A stretch of DNA of 64,000 bases, from positions 1,024,001-1,088,000 of the forward strand of contig OZ244252.1 of the NCBI GenBank assembly GCA_965217185.1, given 5' to 3'. Positions 62,188 through 64,000 of this stretch are shown one piece after another; the first letter of the stretch is position 1; every line of letters begins with the position of its first letter. Under the pieces are notes generated by a model that was not told the DNA's origin, ran no database searches, and saw only the letters and a program-made list of their open reading frames with translations. The DNA comes from an uncultured Candidatus Entotheonella sp. (lineage in GTDB: Bacteria > Tectomicrobia > Entotheonellia > Entotheonellales > Entotheonellaceae). The position numbers and the translations under genes were made by a program.

Positions 62188-64000
62188 TCACATCGAGATG
62201 CCCAGCAAACCCCGCGACACCTGAAAATCGGTGTTTCCCTGGTCGTACAGCTTCGGCACGTAGCTGCGCGAGGCGACCGACAGCACCAAGGGCAGAATAG
62301 TCTCGGTCCACGGCGTATCACCGTCGAGCATCAGGTCCATATCCGCCGACCACGCCGTTTCCGTGCCACTGGCCATCTGTAGCAGCGGAATCATGGGATG
62401 CGCCTGCAGCGGCGGACCGGACACGTGCGCCAGCATGATTTCCACGCCCGTGGCGCCGAGGCCGGTCAGCGTTTCCACCCAATGATGCGTGGGAGTCTCC
62501 ATGACGTGCAGGCCGGGCGTGGCGGTCTGCCCATAAGCCAACGACGCCTCGACCTGCGAGCTCGATTGCAGACTGTGGAGAAACGCCGCTGAGGACAACA
62601 GGAAAGCGTTGCTCGGCAGCACCACCGTGCCGCCGGCACCGACGATGGCGGTGGTCAGGTGAGCCAGTTGCTCGGCCGCGACGTCGGGCATCGCACCGCT
62701 GTCCAACAATCCCAGGCGCAGCGCGCCAACACCGGCATCGGCCCATTCGGGGTCGGATAGCTCGCCCAGCACCTCCCCGAACCATGCCTCGACCTTCTCA
62801 CTCACCTGATCAATGCCGCCGTCCATTTGCACGCTGGCCCAGCCGAACCGTTGCCGGTCCACGCCATGGCGAGCGAGCTGATTGGCCATATAGTCGTTGT
62901 GCGTCTTTTCGCAGCCGTGCTCCAGCAGCAGGCCGAAACGCACCAGCGGGTGCGTCAGATAGCCCAGTGTGGTGCGCGCGTACATGGCCTCCGAGGAGCC
63001 GCTGGATACGCCGCAGCCCTCGGTGTGCGGCAGCGCTACAAAGCGCGACACCCCGCGGTTGCCGGTGAAGGTGGCGTTCAGCTTGTTGGCGATCAAGCGG
63101 GCGATCTGGCTGGAGCACAGGCTGGTGGGCAGCAACAGGCCGATCTGATCCGTGGCGACGCCGTCGGCAGTCCGCACGGCTTGGAAGGTCTGTGTCGGCG
63201 TTGCCGCCGAACCGGCGACCGACAACGCCGCGCCGCTGGGCAGTGGAGCCTGTTGCAGACCTTCGAGATTGCTGTCATCTGTCTGCCGCCAGTCGCGCCA
63301 CAGCGACACCTGCGCGTGCCCTGCCCTTTCGCCCTTGGTGCGGGCACCGGACGCCGCCGCCACGGTGAGATCGAACATGTTCTTGCCCAGTTCGTCCATC
63401 GGCGTGCCGTCCTGATACGCCCCGGCGTTCACGTCCATGTCCCGCTCCAGCATCTCGAAACGCTGGCTGGTGGTGACCACCTTGAGGGTTGGCACGAAGG
63501 GGAAATTGGTGATGGAGCCGTTGCCCGTAATAAAGAAGATCATGTTGGCGCCTGCGGCCACCTGTCCGGCGATGCTCTCCAGATCGTTGCCGGGGCTGTT
63601 CATGAAGTAATAGCCGGGCTGCAGCATGCGCTCGCCGTAGTCGATGACGTAATCCAGGCGCACCGCGGGGTGGCGCTTCATGGCGGCGCCGAGGGATTTG
63701 AGGACGATGTTGTACAGGCCGCGAAACATGTTGCCGCCGGTCGGATTGCCCTCGGCGGTATGGCCGTGCCAGGCTACCCGTTCTTTGAATTCGGCAATGG
63801 TGGCCAGGAACTTCCGCGCCGTCTGGAGGTCGCGAACGTTCTGGAGCACGTACGCCTCGGCGCCGATCAGTTCATCGGTTTCCGCCAGGCTGGCGGCGCC
63901 GCCGTGGCGGATAATCTCGCGCGCCACCCAGGCGGACAGCGGATTGCCCGAGATGCCCGAAAAGGCGTCTGAACCGCCGCACTGCAGGGCCACGTTGATG
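62188..64000 (-). CDS. UxaA/altronate-dehydratase family protein with duplicated domain (5' end outside the window)
   Basis: LQCGGSDAFSGISGNP, GNPTGGN...KSLGA, FITGNG; second unit ALPHTEGCG...LLEHGCEK. Confidence 0.85.
   Translation of the reverse strand, partial: INVALQCGGSDAFSGISGNPLSAWVAREIIRHGGAASLAETDELIGAEAYVLQNVRDLQTARKFLATIAEFKERVAWHGHTAEGNPTGGNMFRGLYNIVLKSLGAAMKRHPAVRLDYVIDYGERMLQPGYYFMNSPGNDLESIAGQVAAGANMIFFITGNGSITNFPFVPTLKVVTTSQRFEMLERDMDVNAGAYQDGTPMDELGKNMFDLTVAAASGARTKGERAGHAQVSLWRDWRQTDDSNLEGLQQAPLPSGAALSVAGSAATPTQTFQAVRTADGVATDQIGLLLPTSLCSSQIARLIANKLNATFTGNRGVSRFVALPHTEGCGVSSGSSEAMYARTTLGYLTHPLVRFGLLLEHGCEKTHNDYMANQLARHGVDRQRFGWASVQMDGGIDQVSEKVEAWFGEVLGELSDPEWADAGVGALRLGLLDSGAMPDVAAEQLAHLTTAIVGAGGTVVLPSNAFLLSSAAFLHSLQSSSQVEASLAYGQTATPGLHVMETPTHHWVETLTGLGATGVEIMLAHVSGPPLQAHPMIPLLQMASGTETAWSADMDLMLDGDTPWTETILPLVLSVASRSYVPKLYDQGNTDFQVSRGLLGISM

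Overview
High-GC bacterial chromosomal window; the taxon cannot be established from the sequence alone. Left end: ispF/ispD, then divergently rpoZ-yggX followed by two genes that the ORF track cuts short at in-frame TGA codons. These are a B12-type radical SAM protein with a C-U-A-E-P tail and an ATP-grasp ligase (IGGL-U-SRSLRF), each with a SECIS-like hairpin. This probable two-selenoprotein operon is the most interesting signal in the window. A sigma54-driven urtABCDE urea transporter and a convergent ureD-amtB-ureABCFG urease operon are separated by an approximately 22 kb accessory/defence island. The island holds an AAA ATPase, an NLR/STAND-nuclease, BrnTA, a type IIG R-M enzyme, an AbiGi-like gene, decayed TA modules, REP-like repeats, IS and pobA remnants, a Yhh-type triceptide RiPP cluster with two hydroxylases, and a Septu-like ATPase/HNH pair. 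The right part has nitroreductase, enoyl-CoA hydratase, fabF, MoxR/VWA, a small island with an IS interrupting a gene, an M16 protease, higBA, a CocE hydrolase, phoB with a frameshifted phoR, crcB, an SSS transporter, a VOC protein and a ComDE/TauE/UxaA-type group. No tRNA, rRNA or CRISPR array was recognised. All calls come from motif recognition by eye; no searches were run.
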